Source of the DNA: an uncultured delta proteobacterium
GTDB taxonomy: Bacteria; Myxococcota; Myxococcia; SLRQ01
NCBI GenBank assembly: GCA_963727485.1
Contig: CAVSGM010000002.1
Span: 672,001-736,000 of the forward strand
Direction of reading: 5' to 3'
Length of the DNA stretch: 64,000 nucleotides
Position numbers and translations under genes: made by a program
In this document: piece after piece, positions 54,103 to 63,669 of the stretch
Position numbering within the stretch: the first letter of the stretch is position 1
Layout of the letters: each line of letters starts with the position of its first letter
Notes under the pieces: model-generated
What the model was told of the DNA's origin: nothing
What the model saw: the letters and a program-made list of their open reading frames with translations, nothing else
The model's database searches: none

Positions 54103-54614
54103 CGGCCGTCCTCCGCCACCGGGCCGCCCGCCGCCGGGCCATCCGCCACCGGACCCGCCGCCGCCGGGAGCGCCCCGGGCCGCCGGGCCAGGTCGGCGCG
54201 GATGGCGTCGACGATCTCCTTGAGGGGCACCCCGGTGGGGCAGACGGCCTCGCAGGCGGCGCAGCCCTCGCAGGTGCCGAGGGCGTCGAGGGCCGGCACC
54301 GTGAAGGCGTAGTCGTGCATCGACCGGCTGTAGGCCAGGGGGAGCGCCGAGAGGGCCGGCAGCACGCTGCGGCGGATGGGCACCAGGGTGTCGCAGGCGG
54401 CGTCGCAGAGGCCGCAGCCCACGCACCGGCTCGCGTGCCAGCGCCGCTCGCGCGCGGCGGCGGGGAGCGGGAGGTAGCCCTCGGTGCCGTAGTTCTCGAG
54501 GAACCGGGTCTCGCCCTTCTGGCCCAGGTGCGCGAGGCGCTTGAACGGCTGCACCACGAGGGCCTGGAAGAAGAAGATGGTGTAGGCCCACAGCTTGCGC
54601 TTGAGCTTGCTCAC
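54099..54614 (-). CDS. 2x[4Fe-4S] ferredoxin-domain protein
   Basis: CVGCGLCDAAC and CEGCAACEAVCP. Confidence 0.8.
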   Translation of the reverse strand: MSKLKRKLWAYTIFFFQALVVQPFKRLAHLGQKGETRFLENYGTEGYLPLPAAARERRWHASRCVGCGLCDAACDTLVPIRRSVLPALSALPLAYSRSMHDYAFTVPALDALGTCEGCAACEAVCPTGVPLKEIVDAIRADLARRPGALPAAAGPVADGPAAGGPVAEDGR

Positions 54615-55910
54615 GTGGTCTCCAACCCCGCGGCCAGGCGCCCGGCGAGGTGCCCGGTGAGCACCGCCACCCCACCCCCGCAGCGATCGCGCGGCCCATC
54701 ATAGCCCTCGAGGACCGCCCCCGCCGCGAAGACGTCGTCCCGGACGGGTCGACCGTCCCGGCCCAGGGGCCGGAGGCGGGCGTCGGTGCGCAGCCCCGCG
54801 TGGAAGGCCGCCTGGGGGGCCCAGGGATCGTCGGTGGTGAGGTTCGCCATCACGTCGTCCTCGAGCCACCGGGCCTCGGCGAAGATTCGGGAGGCCGAAG
54901 ACCGCCTCGGCGTAGGCGCCCTGGCGGGTCACCCCACCCCCGAGGTAGCGCCCGGGGGCGAGGACCACGGCGGCGGCGGCCACCGCCTCGGGCCCGGCGC
55001 CCGGGCGCGCCAGGGACAGCGCCCCGCCCGCGGCGGAGATGGTGCCGGTGACGCGCTCGACCCCGGCGGCGTCGAGGGCCCGCCCCAGGGCCCGGTGGAG
55101 GCGCAGCCCCGGGAGCGACGCCTCCCCGCCGGGGGACTCGACCACGGTGAGGCCCAGGGTGCGCGAGAGCTCGGTGGTGATCCGGGCCGCGTCCCGGGTG
55201 CCCGCCACCGGCGGCAGGAGCAGGTGGGTGAGGCGCTGGCCCTCGAGGGCCGGGCGCAGGGCGGCGACCAGGGCGGCGCGGCCGGCGGGATTGTCGAGGC
55301 GGCGGCCGAGGTCGGCCGGGAGGAGGTAGGGGGCGTCGTCGTCCCCGGGCCAGTCGACGACCACCGGGACCACCTGCCGATCGCCGGGGAGGCCCGAGAG
55401 GCCCCGGCGCCGCAGCTCCGGATCCACGGACGCCACCCGCCCGAGCGACACCACCCCGAGGCGCACGCCGTCGCCCCGGGCGAGGTCGAGGCCCACCATG
55501 GAGGCCTCGGCGACCGCCGCGGGCCGGGGCACCCCCGCCGAGGAGACCAGGTAGTGACTCGGGCGGTTGCCCTCGAAGGGCGAGAGGGCGAGCCCGGCGC
55601 CGGCGAGGGCCCGGGCGAGGCCCTCGAAGGCCTCGGCGAGGCGCCCGCGTCCCCGGGCACCGACCACGGCGTAGGGGTGGTGGGGCCGCCGGGCCAGGGC
55701 CTCGACGCACTCGCTGACGGTGCGGCCGCGGCCGAAGGGGGCGTCGGCGCCGGCGCCGGGATCCGGGGCGACCTCGAAGGCCCCGGTGGACAGCGCCGTG
55801 AGCCCCGGGGCCCGGGCCACCAGGGTCACGTCCTTCCCCGCCGCCCGGGCCGAGAGCGCCGCGGTGGCCCCCGCGAGGCCCCCGCCGACCACCAGGACGC
55901 CGGTCTTCAT
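54611..55910 (-). CDS. glpB: Anaerobic glycerol-3-phosphate dehydrogenase subunit B-like; apparent 1-nt insertion at about 54886
   Basis: VVGGGLAG, SLPGLRL, VVLAPGRYLGGG, then in the next frame GLRTDARLRP, VFAAGAVL.GYD, CGGGVA; span 1300 = 1299+1. Confidence 0.78.
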
Positions 55911-57568
55911 GTCCCGAACCTGCCGGTCCGGCCGGTGTCGAGGCCGGCGCCGACGAGGGTCTCCCGGGCGAGCTCCTCCTGGGCGAGCTGCAGCCCGTCG
56001 AGGAGCGGCCGGCGCAGGCGCCAGAGGCTCTCGACCAGGCGGCGCATCTCGGCGCGCGCCTCGTCGGCGGTGAGGTCGCGCTCCCGGGCGAAGAGGGCCC
56101 CGGCGGCCTGGACGCAGCGGGTGCCGGCGCAGGGCCCGAGCCCCAGGCGGCAGCGGCGGGTGAGATCGACGAGGTGGCGCACCTGCTCGTGGCGGATCGC
56201 GTGGACCACCTCGGCGCCGAGCACGCCCTCGCACTGGCACACCGGCGCCTTGAGCCGGGGGTCGTCGCGGGTGAGCGCCAGGATGTCCCGGGCGAGCGCC
56301 CCGTGGCGGTGCACCAGGCGCGAGGTCTCCCACGCGGGGGTCCCGTGCTCGGTGGCGAGCTGCAAGGGATCGGGGACCGAGGCGCCGCCGGGAAGGGGCT
56401 CGGCGTGGGTGCGGCAGGGCGTCCGGGGGCGGCCGAGGGCGTCCTCGAGCTGGTCCACCGCCTCCTCGCTCATCAGCCGGTAGGCGGCGAGCTTCCCACC
56501 GATCATCGAGAGGAGACCCGGCGCCCCCTCGGTGGCGTGATCGACGATCATGTGATCGCGGGAGAGGGCGTCCTCGGTGTGCCCGTAGGCGTAGAGGGTC
56601 GGCCGGACGCCCACCCAGGCGCGCACCACCCGCGCCCGGCGGATGTCGGGGACCATGTGGGCCGCCCCCTCGAGGAGGTAGGCCACCTCGTCGTGGGTGA
56701 CGCCGATGTCGCCGGGGTCGCCGTAGTAGTCGTCGTCGGTGGTGCCGATCACCGAGGCGTTCTCCAGGGGCATCACGAACATCTCGCGCCCGTCGGCGGC
56801 CTGGGTGATGACGCCGTAGTTGGACATCTTGCGATCGAGGACCAGGTGCACGCCCTTGCCCGGGCGCATCTTCACCGTGACCCCGTTTCGCGCCGCGAAG
56901 CGCGGGGACCAGGCGCCGGTGGCGTTGAACACCATCCGGGCCTCGAGGCTGGTGTCGGCGCCGGTGTCGCGGTCCCGGGCGCGCACCCCGGTGACCCGCC
57001 CGCCGCCGTCGCGCAGGAGCGCCACCACCTCGGTATAGGTGTGGATCCGGGCCCCGTGGGCGGCGGCGTCGAGGGCGTTGAGGGTGACCAGGCGGTGGGC
57101 GTCGATGCCCCACTCGTCGATGGTCACCGCCCCGAGGAGGTCGTCCCGGAGGCCGGGCTCCAGGTCCTTGGCCTCGGCGGCGGTGAGGCGCGTGGAGGGC
57201 TTGCCGCGCTTGAGCGGCTGGTACCGGTCGTAGAGGCCGACGTAGCTCTCGGCGCCGTAGAGGTAGGCGCGATCGGCGACGGCGCTGCCCTCCCCGCCCT
57301 TCACCACCGGGTAGATGAAGGGGATGCGATCGAGGAGGTGCGGGGCGATCTGCTGGATGAACCCCGAGTCGCGGCTGGAGGCCTTGGTCACCGAGGGATC
57401 GGCGAGGAGGTAGCGCAGCCCCCCGTGGATCATCGACGAGGAGTTGCCGCTGGCGCCGACGGCGAGGTCGTCGCGCTCGAGGAGGGCCACCGAGAGCCCA
57501 CGCATCGCCGCGTCCCGGGCGATGCCCGTGCCGTTGACGCCTCCACCGATGACGATGAGGTCGAGCAC
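55907..57568 (-). CDS. glpA: Glycerol-3-phosphate dehydrogenase subunit A-like with C-terminal 2Fe-2S (BFD-like) domain
   Basis: IGGGVNGTGIARDAAMRGL, MIHGGLRY, GTTD, GVRP, GGKL, CQCE...RCRLGLGPCAGTRC. Confidence 0.85.
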   Translation of the reverse strand: MLDLIVIGGGVNGTGIARDAAMRGLSVALLERDDLAVGASGNSSSMIHGGLRYLLADPSVTKASSRDSGFIQQIAPHLLDRIPFIYPVVKGGEGSAVADRAYLYGAESYVGLYDRYQPLKRGKPSTRLTAAEAKDLEPGLRDDLLGAVTIDEWGIDAHRLVTLNALDAAAHGARIHTYTEVVALLRDGGGRVTGVRARDRDTGADTSLEARMVFNATGAWSPRFAARNGVTVKMRPGKGVHLVLDRKMSNYGVITQAADGREMFVMPLENASVIGTTDDDYYGDPGDIGVTHDEVAYLLEGAAHMVPDIRRARVVRAWVGVRPTLYAYGHTEDALSRDHMIVDHATEGAPGLLSMIGGKLAAYRLMSEEAVDQLEDALGRPRTPCRTHAEPLPGGASVPDPLQLATEHGTPAWETSRLVHRHGALARDILALTRDDPRLKAPVCQCEGVLGAEVVHAIRHEQVRHLVDLTRRCRLGLGPCAGTRCVQAAGALFARERDLTADEARAEMRRLVESLWRLRRPLLDGLQLAQEELARETLVGAGLDTGRTGRFGT

Positions 57569-57578
57569 GGGCGCCAGC

Positions 57579-59351
57579 TCAGCCGATGTTCTTCACGTGC
57601 AGCTCGGCGAGCTGCTTGGGGTCGACCTCGCTGGGGGCCCCGGTCATCTGATCGACGGCCTTCTGGGTCTTGGGGAAGGCGATGGTGTCCCGGATGGAGG
57701 TGGCCCCGGTGAGGAGCATGACGATCCGGTCCATGCCCATGGCGATGCCCCCGTGGGGCGGGGCGCCGTAGCGGAAGGCGTCGAGGAGGAAGCCGAACTT
57801 GGCCTGCTGGTCTTCCTCGGAGAGCCCCAGGGCGTCGAAGACCTGGGCCTGCACCGCCCGGTCGTGGATCCGGATGGAGCCGCCGCCGATCTCGGAGCCG
57901 TTCATGGCCAGGTCGTAGGCCCGGGCCCGGCACCGGCCGGGATCGCTGGTGAGGTACGGCAGGTCCTCGGCGCGCGGCGAGGTGAACGGGTGGTGGAGGC
58001 TCACCCAGCGCTTGGCCTCGTCGTCGTACTCGAAGAGGGGGAAGTCGGTGACCCACACGAACGAGAGCTCGTCCTCGGGGATGAGGCCCAGGCGGTTGCC
58101 GAGCCAGAGGCGCAGGGCGCCCAGCGACGCGGTGACCACCCGCGCGGTGTCGGCGACGAACATCAGGATGTCCCCGGGCTCGGCGTCGAGGGCCTGGCCC
58201 AGCCGGGCGATGACGTCCTCACCGAGGAACTTCACGATGGGGCCCTGCCACCCGTCGGGGTTCACCCGGATCCAGGCGAGGCCCTTGGCCCCGTAGGGGG
58301 CGATCTCCTTGGGGAGGTTGTCGAGCTCGGAGCGGGTCAGGGTGGCGCCCTTGGCGTTGATCGCCTTGACGACGTTGCCCTTCTCCACCGTCTCCTTGAA
58401 GACCCGGAAGCCGCTGGCGGCGACGATCTCCGAGACGTCGACCAGCGGCAGGTCGAAGCGCAGGTCGGGCTTGTCGGAGCCGTAGCGACCCATGGCCTCG
58501 TCGTAGGTCATCCGGCGCATGGGGCGCGTCGGGGCCGGCTTGCCGTCGGCCTCGAGGATCGCCGCCATCATCCCCTCGACGACCTCGTAGATGTCCTCCT
58601 CACAGACGAAGGACAGCTCCATGTCGATCTGGGTGAACTCGGGCTGGCGATCGGCCCGGAGGTCCTCGTCGCGGAAGCACCGGGTGATCTGGAAGTAGCG
58701 ATCGAAGCCCGAGACCATGAACAGCTGCTTGAAGAGCTGGGGCGACTGGGGCAGCGCGAAGTACCGCCCGGGGTTCACCCGGCTGGGGACCAGGTAGTCG
58801 CGGGCCCCCTCGGGGGTGCTCTTGGTGAGGATCGGGGTCTCGAGCTCGAGGAAGCGGCGATCGGTGAGGTAGCTGCGCACCGCCTGGTTCATCCGGCTGC
58901 GGCGGATGAGGACGTCCTGGAGGTGCGGGCGCCGCAGATCGAGGTAGCGGTAGCGCAGGCGGATGTCCTCGCCGGTGGCGATCCGGTCCTCGATCTGGAA
59001 GGGCGGGGTGTCGGCGCGGTTGAAGATGGTGAGCGCGTCGACGATCACCTCGATCTCGCCGGTGGGCATCTTCGGGTTGATCTGGTCGCCCCGGGAGCGG
59101 ACCCGGCCCTGGACCCCGATCACGAACTCGCCGCGGAGCTCGCCGGCGAGGGCGTGGGCGGTCTCGTTCTCGGTGGGGTCGAACACGACCTGGGTGAGGC
59201 CGTCGCGATCCCTAAGATCCACGAACACGCAGCCCCCGTGATCCCGTCGGTGGTGGACCCACCCGAAGAGGACCACGGACTGCCCGATGTCCCCGGCGCG
59301 GAGTGCTCCGCAGCCGTGGGTACGCTTCAGATCTGTAATGAACTCGGCCAC
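57579..59351 (-). CDS. aspS: Aspartate--tRNA ligase (RRDHGG suggests the non-discriminating type)
   Basis: RLRYRYLDLRR, STPEGARDY, LPQSPQLFKQ, CFRDEDLRADRQPEFTQID, GAPPHGG. Confidence 0.97.
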   Translation of the reverse strand: MAEFITDLKRTHGCGALRAGDIGQSVVLFGWVHHRRDHGGCVFVDLRDRDGLTQVVFDPTENETAHALAGELRGEFVIGVQGRVRSRGDQINPKMPTGEIEVIVDALTIFNRADTPPFQIEDRIATGEDIRLRYRYLDLRRPHLQDVLIRRSRMNQAVRSYLTDRRFLELETPILTKSTPEGARDYLVPSRVNPGRYFALPQSPQLFKQLFMVSGFDRYFQITRCFRDEDLRADRQPEFTQIDMELSFVCEEDIYEVVEGMMAAILEADGKPAPTRPMRRMTYDEAMGRYGSDKPDLRFDLPLVDVSEIVAASGFRVFKETVEKGNVVKAINAKGATLTRSELDNLPKEIAPYGAKGLAWIRVNPDGWQGPIVKFLGEDVIARLGQALDAEPGDILMFVADTARVVTASLGALRLWLGNRLGLIPEDELSFVWVTDFPLFEYDDEAKRWVSLHHPFTSPRAEDLPYLTSDPGRCRARAYDLAMNGSEIGGGSIRIHDRAVQAQVFDALGLSEEDQQAKFGFLLDAFRYGAPPHGGIAMGMDRIVMLLTGATSIRDTIAFPKTQKAVDQMTGAPSEVDPKQLAELHVKNIG

Positions 59352-59360
59352 GGGGCGGCG

Positions 59361-59389
59361 AATATCGGGGCGTTGTCGCAGTGTGTCAA
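59361..59389 (-). promoter_or_regulatory. Sigma70-type promoter for the aspS-glp operon with an overlapping palindromic box
   Basis: TTGACA-17 nt-GATATT on the minus strand; TGTCGCAGTGTGTCA at 59374-59388. Confidence 0.5.
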
Positions 59390-59591
59390 GCGAGGTCGGC
59401 GTCGGCCCCGGCGCCGTCGTCAGCCGGGCCGGGACGGGCCCGCCAGGGGGCGATCACCAGGGTCGCGGCGCCCCCCACGGCGAAGTCCCCATCGGCCCGC
59501 GGCGGGGCCTTCCGTCGCAAACTCGCGGTGGCCCCGGGGGAAAAGGACCGATTTCACGCCATTTGCGGGCCGGGGTGGATGCGCGTGAGGC

Positions 59592-59620
59592 TTGACAGGT
59601 GGGTGACAGACACCTATGGT
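59592..59620 (+). promoter_or_regulatory. Sigma70-type promoter for the lipoprotein pair
   Basis: TTGACA-17 nt-TATGGT. Confidence 0.7.
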
Positions 59621-59704
59621 CCGCCGCCAAGCCGGGCTGGGGATTGCCCCGGAGCCGGTTACGGACAAGTTTCTGGCCGTTTCCTCGCAGAGGAGGGGAG
59701 AGTC

Positions 59705-61195
59705 ATGCACTCGTATCGTCGCGTCGCGGCCGTGGCCATCGCCGCGGGCCTGCTCGCCACCGCCGGCTGCTGGAACCCGGCGCCTGAGAAGTATCCGTCC
59801 ATCACCTTCTTCGGTGCCAACTACGGCACCATCACCGCAGGCGGTTCGGTCACGCTGACCTGGCAGACCCGTCTGGCCGAGAAGGTCAACATCGTCGCCA
59901 TCGACCCGTCGACCGGCAACCAGACGACCGTCAAGACCTTTGCCTCGGGCGACACCTCGGGCTGCACGGTCAACCCGACGTTCCCGGACTCGGACTGCGT
60001 GAAGGACGGAACCCTCCAGGTTTCGCCGACCACGGACACCATCTACAACATCGAGGCGATCGTGGGCGCCGGGGACTGCAGCCGGGATCCCGTCCTGGGG
60101 AACCTGCTCCACCCGGCCCAGTGCAACGATCTGAACGCCGATCCCAACGCCAGCCTCACGGTCCTTCCCGTGAGCGTGGTGCCGGCCTCCACCGTGTCCC
60201 TGACCGTGGGCGGCGGCGCCAGCACCACCGTCACCTCGGGCACCGACGTCACCGCCGACTACACCGTGAGCGCGGCGGCGTTCGACTTCGGCATCCTCGG
60301 GCAGGACACCAGCGGCAACCCCACCTACGACGCCTGCGGCGCCGACGGGGACACCACGGTGCCCTGCTGGTACGAGTCGGTGGACGCCAATGGCAACGTG
60401 GCCGACACCGGGACCATCAAGGTCCCGGGCGTGACCGCCACCATGGTGCTCACCGGTGAGTCCACCAACGGCGCCGACGACGGCGCTGGCGACGTGGCTC
60501 CGGGCACCCCGGGCTCCACGGTGACCATCAACGTCGGTGCGGCCTCCGCCCCGACGATCACCGCGGTCACGGTCGACGGCAACGACGCCCTCGGCGCCAC
60601 TCCGGCGACCGCCACGGCCGACACCGCCAGCCTCGCCTGGACCAACAACGCCGACGCCACCGGCGGGTCGCTGATGACCGCCATGGCCTCCGACGCGACC
60701 ACCGCCGGCGACTGCACCACGGTCCCCTCCGGGAGCTGGACCGCGGCCAGCGGCTTCGACTTCACCACCGGCACCTACGGCCTCACCGGCGTCACCGCCG
60801 ACATGTGCTACCAGCTGACCGCCACCGGCAGCGGGTCCGCCACCGACGTGAAGACCTTCATGGTGATGCGGCAGGTGAACATCGACACGGTCACCGCGAA
60901 CGGCAGCGACGCCCTCGGGACCACCCCGGTGTCGGCTGGCGCCACCAACCCGCCGGTCATCGCCTGGACCACCAGCAACGCCGGCAGCTACTCGCTGGCC
61001 ATGGTGGACAAGGGCACCGCCACCGATTGCGCCACGGCGGACTACACCGGCGCCACCCCGGTGACCGGCACCACCGGTGACGGGACCTACACCCCGACGG
61101 CGGCCATCTCGGCGGCGACCTGCTTCCAGCTGATGGTCACCCACCCGACGGACAGCACCCGGACGGCGACGGTTACCTTCGAGATCGACCCCTAG
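59705..61195 (+). CDS. Cys/Thr-rich surface lipoprotein, paralog 1
   Basis: GAGGAGG RBS; MHSYRRVAAVAIAAGLLATAG-C lipobox; Ig-like Thr-rich modules. Confidence 0.8.
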   Translation: MHSYRRVAAVAIAAGLLATAGCWNPAPEKYPSITFFGANYGTITAGGSVTLTWQTRLAEKVNIVAIDPSTGNQTTVKTFASGDTSGCTVNPTFPDSDCVKDGTLQVSPTTDTIYNIEAIVGAGDCSRDPVLGNLLHPAQCNDLNADPNASLTVLPVSVVPASTVSLTVGGGASTTVTSGTDVTADYTVSAAAFDFGILGQDTSGNPTYDACGADGDTTVPCWYESVDANGNVADTGTIKVPGVTATMVLTGESTNGADDGAGDVAPGTPGSTVTINVGAASAPTITAVTVDGNDALGATPATATADTASLAWTNNADATGGSLMTAMASDATTAGDCTTVPSGSWTAASGFDFTTGTYGLTGVTADMCYQLTATGSGSATDVKTFMVMRQVNIDTVTANGSDALGTTPVSAGATNPPVIAWTTSNAGSYSLAMVDKGTATDCATADYTGATPVTGTTGDGTYTPTAAISAATCFQLMVTHPTDSTRTATVTFEIDP

Positions 61196-61344
61196 TCCAG
61201 AGGTCGGCAGGACTTCGGCCGCAAGGCCGGGCCACGAGCGTCCCAGTTGGGGCGCTCGTGGTGTTTTGACGCAGGGAGACTCGCACTCGGCGCGAAGACA
61301 TGGTCTAGTCTTTGCGCCAATTTTTCATTCCTGGAGGGGAACAC

Positions 61345-63495
61345 ATGCATCATTTCCGCCGTGTATCGGCCGTGCTCGCCACGGCTGCGCTCCTGGGCGC
61401 GGCCGGGTGCTGGAACCCGACCCCCGAGAAGTACCCGTCGATCACCTTCTTCGGCGCCGACTACGGCACCATCACCGCGGGCACCGACGGTGCCGGCAAC
61501 CCGGTGCAGGGCTCGGTCACCCTGACCTGGCAGACCCGGCTGGCCGAGAAGGTCAACATCGTGGCCACGCCGGCCTCCACCGGGAAGCCCTCGGTGGTGG
61601 CGACCTTCAAGGCCGGGGACACCGCCGGGTGCACCGTCAACCCGACCTTCCCCGACTCGGACTGCGTCAAGGACGGCACCTACCAGGTGAGCCCCACCGA
61701 GGACACCGTCTACAACATCCAGGCGATCGTCGGCGCCGGCGACTGCAGCCGGGACCCCACCCTGGGCAACCTCCTGCACCCCGCCCAGTGCAACGATCTC
61801 ACCGCCGACCCCAACGCCAGCCTCCAGGTGATCCCCATCACCGTGGTGGCCCCGTCGACCATCAGCCTCACGGTCGGTGGTAGTGACACCGCCACCGTGG
61901 CCCCGGGCACCGACGTCATGGCCGACTACGCCGTCACCGGCGCCACCGCCTACGACTTCGGGATCCTCAGCACCGACTCCAGCGGCAACCCCAGCTACGC
62001 CGCCTGCGGCGCCGCCGGGGACACCACCGCCCCCTGCACCATGCCCGCGGCCGACGCCAACGGGAACGTCCCCGACTCGGGCCAGATCACCGTGCCGGGC
62101 GTCACCGCCAGCACCGTGCTCACCGGGGAGTCCACCAACGGCGCCGACGACGGCCTCGGCGACGTCGCCCCGGACACCACCGGCGCCACCGTGACCATCA
62201 CCGTCCCCGGGACCCCGGCGGTGGGCAGCTTCACCGCCACCCCCGATCACATCAACCCGACCACCAGCGGCACCTCGGTGACCCTCGACTGGACCGTCAC
62301 CTCCGCCGACACCGTGGCGGTACAGGTCGACTCGAGCTCCACCGGGGCCGCCACCGGCATGAGCAGCTGCACCGGCGTGGACAACACCGGCGCGGGCACC
62401 TGCTTCGTCTCGGTCACCGGCGCCGACGGCGACATGGTCAAGCTCAACCTGGTGGCCAGCAACAGCGCCACCAGCCAGACCTCGCCGCCCTCGAGCGTGA
62501 CGGTCATGATCGGCGCCACGCCGACGGCCACCTTCAGCGCCTCCCCCACCGAGCTCACCAGCGCCGGCGGGGACGTCACCCTCACCTGGAGCGCCGCCGG
62601 CGCCACCGGGGTGACCATCACCGACGACGGCGGCAACACCGTGGTCGACACCGGGGCCAGCACGCCCACCAACTGCGACAGCGGGAACCCCTGTGACCCC
62701 ACCGGGGACACCATCACCGTCGCCGGCGTGACCGCGACCACCACCTGGACCCTCACCGCGCAGAACGCCTTCCCCGGCAGCACCACCAAGACCGCCACCA
62801 GCACCGTGTACGGGGCGCCGGCCCTGAACGCCCTCACGGTGCAGGACAGCGCCTCCGGGAGCTCGGCGATCGACGTCTCCGGCGGCGGCCTCCAGGTGGT
62901 CAACACCACCGACAGCGCGACCCTGGCCTGGGACACCACCAACGTGAAGCCCAGCACGGTCACCTTCAACACCGCCGCGGTGCCGGCCACCGGCGGCTGC
63001 GCCGCGGTGCCCAGCTGGTCGCCGGCCTCGGGCTTCTCGTTCACCGGCGCCACCGGAACCTTCGGCCTGACCACCACCGGGAACCTCTGCTACCAGTTCG
63101 TCTACGGTGGCTACGCCAGCCAGGCGGGCGGTACCGTGACCTTCGAGGTCGACCGCAAGGTGGCCATCAACCAGGTGACCCTCAACAGCCAGGGCATCAC
63201 CAACGACAGCAAGACCGCGTTCGTACAGGGCGCGTCGGTGACCGCCGACTGGAGCAACACCTCCAACGCCGCCAGCTATGTCCTGGCCAAGTCCGCGGCG
63301 GTGGGGACGGGGGTGAATTGCTCGGCAGCGCCCGCGTACACCGCGGTGGGCGGCTATACCAGCCCGGCCACGACCTACGACCTCACCTCGCCCGTCACCG
63401 GGACCACGGACTGCTACCGGCTCACCGCGGTCAACAACGCGGTATCGGCGCCCGACAACCAGGCCGTGTTCTACTTCGGCATCACCGGCCAGTAG
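61345..63495 (+). CDS. Cys/Thr-rich surface lipoprotein, paralog 2
   Basis: GGAGG RBS; MHHFRRVSAVLATAALLGAAG-C lipobox; N-terminal ~270 aa closely matches paralog 1. Confidence 0.8.
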   Translation: MHHFRRVSAVLATAALLGAAGCWNPTPEKYPSITFFGADYGTITAGTDGAGNPVQGSVTLTWQTRLAEKVNIVATPASTGKPSVVATFKAGDTAGCTVNPTFPDSDCVKDGTYQVSPTEDTVYNIQAIVGAGDCSRDPTLGNLLHPAQCNDLTADPNASLQVIPITVVAPSTISLTVGGSDTATVAPGTDVMADYAVTGATAYDFGILSTDSSGNPSYAACGAAGDTTAPCTMPAADANGNVPDSGQITVPGVTASTVLTGESTNGADDGLGDVAPDTTGATVTITVPGTPAVGSFTATPDHINPTTSGTSVTLDWTVTSADTVAVQVDSSSTGAATGMSSCTGVDNTGAGTCFVSVTGADGDMVKLNLVASNSATSQTSPPSSVTVMIGATPTATFSASPTELTSAGGDVTLTWSAAGATGVTITDDGGNTVVDTGASTPTNCDSGNPCDPTGDTITVAGVTATTTWTLTAQNAFPGSTTKTATSTVYGAPALNALTVQDSASGSSAIDVSGGGLQVVNTTDSATLAWDTTNVKPSTVTFNTAAVPATGGCAAVPSWSPASGFSFTGATGTFGLTTTGNLCYQFVYGGYASQAGGTVTFEVDRKVAINQVTLNSQGITNDSKTAFVQGASVTADWSNTSNAASYVLAKSAAVGTGVNCSAAPAYTAVGGYTSPATTYDLTSPVTGTTDCYRLTAVNNAVSAPDNQAVFYFGITGQ

Positions 63496-63520
63496 GCCGG
63501 GCGGCTCGCTTCACCTCATC

Positions 63521-63553
63521 GCGGGCGCTCCCTCACGGGGGCGCCCGCGTTTC
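63521..63553 (+). terminator. Intrinsic terminator hairpin
   Basis: GCGGGCGCTCCC-TCAC-GGGGGCGCCCGC-GTTTC. Confidence 0.7.
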
Positions 63554-63669
63554 GCTGGTTCGACCGCGGCGCGGCCCGGGCTGGGGCCGGCCACGCGGGA
63601 GGCCGCACCGCCGGCGATGGCGCACCGCGCCTCGCGCCTGGAGCCGAGGCGTGCTCTACTCTGACGGGC

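Noticed and set aside
59400..59580. GC-rich hairpins in the aspS/lipoprotein intergenic region as an ncRNA or riboswitch
   Set aside because: No recognisable conserved RNA motif, and the region lies upstream of both predicted promoters; an Rfam search would be needed
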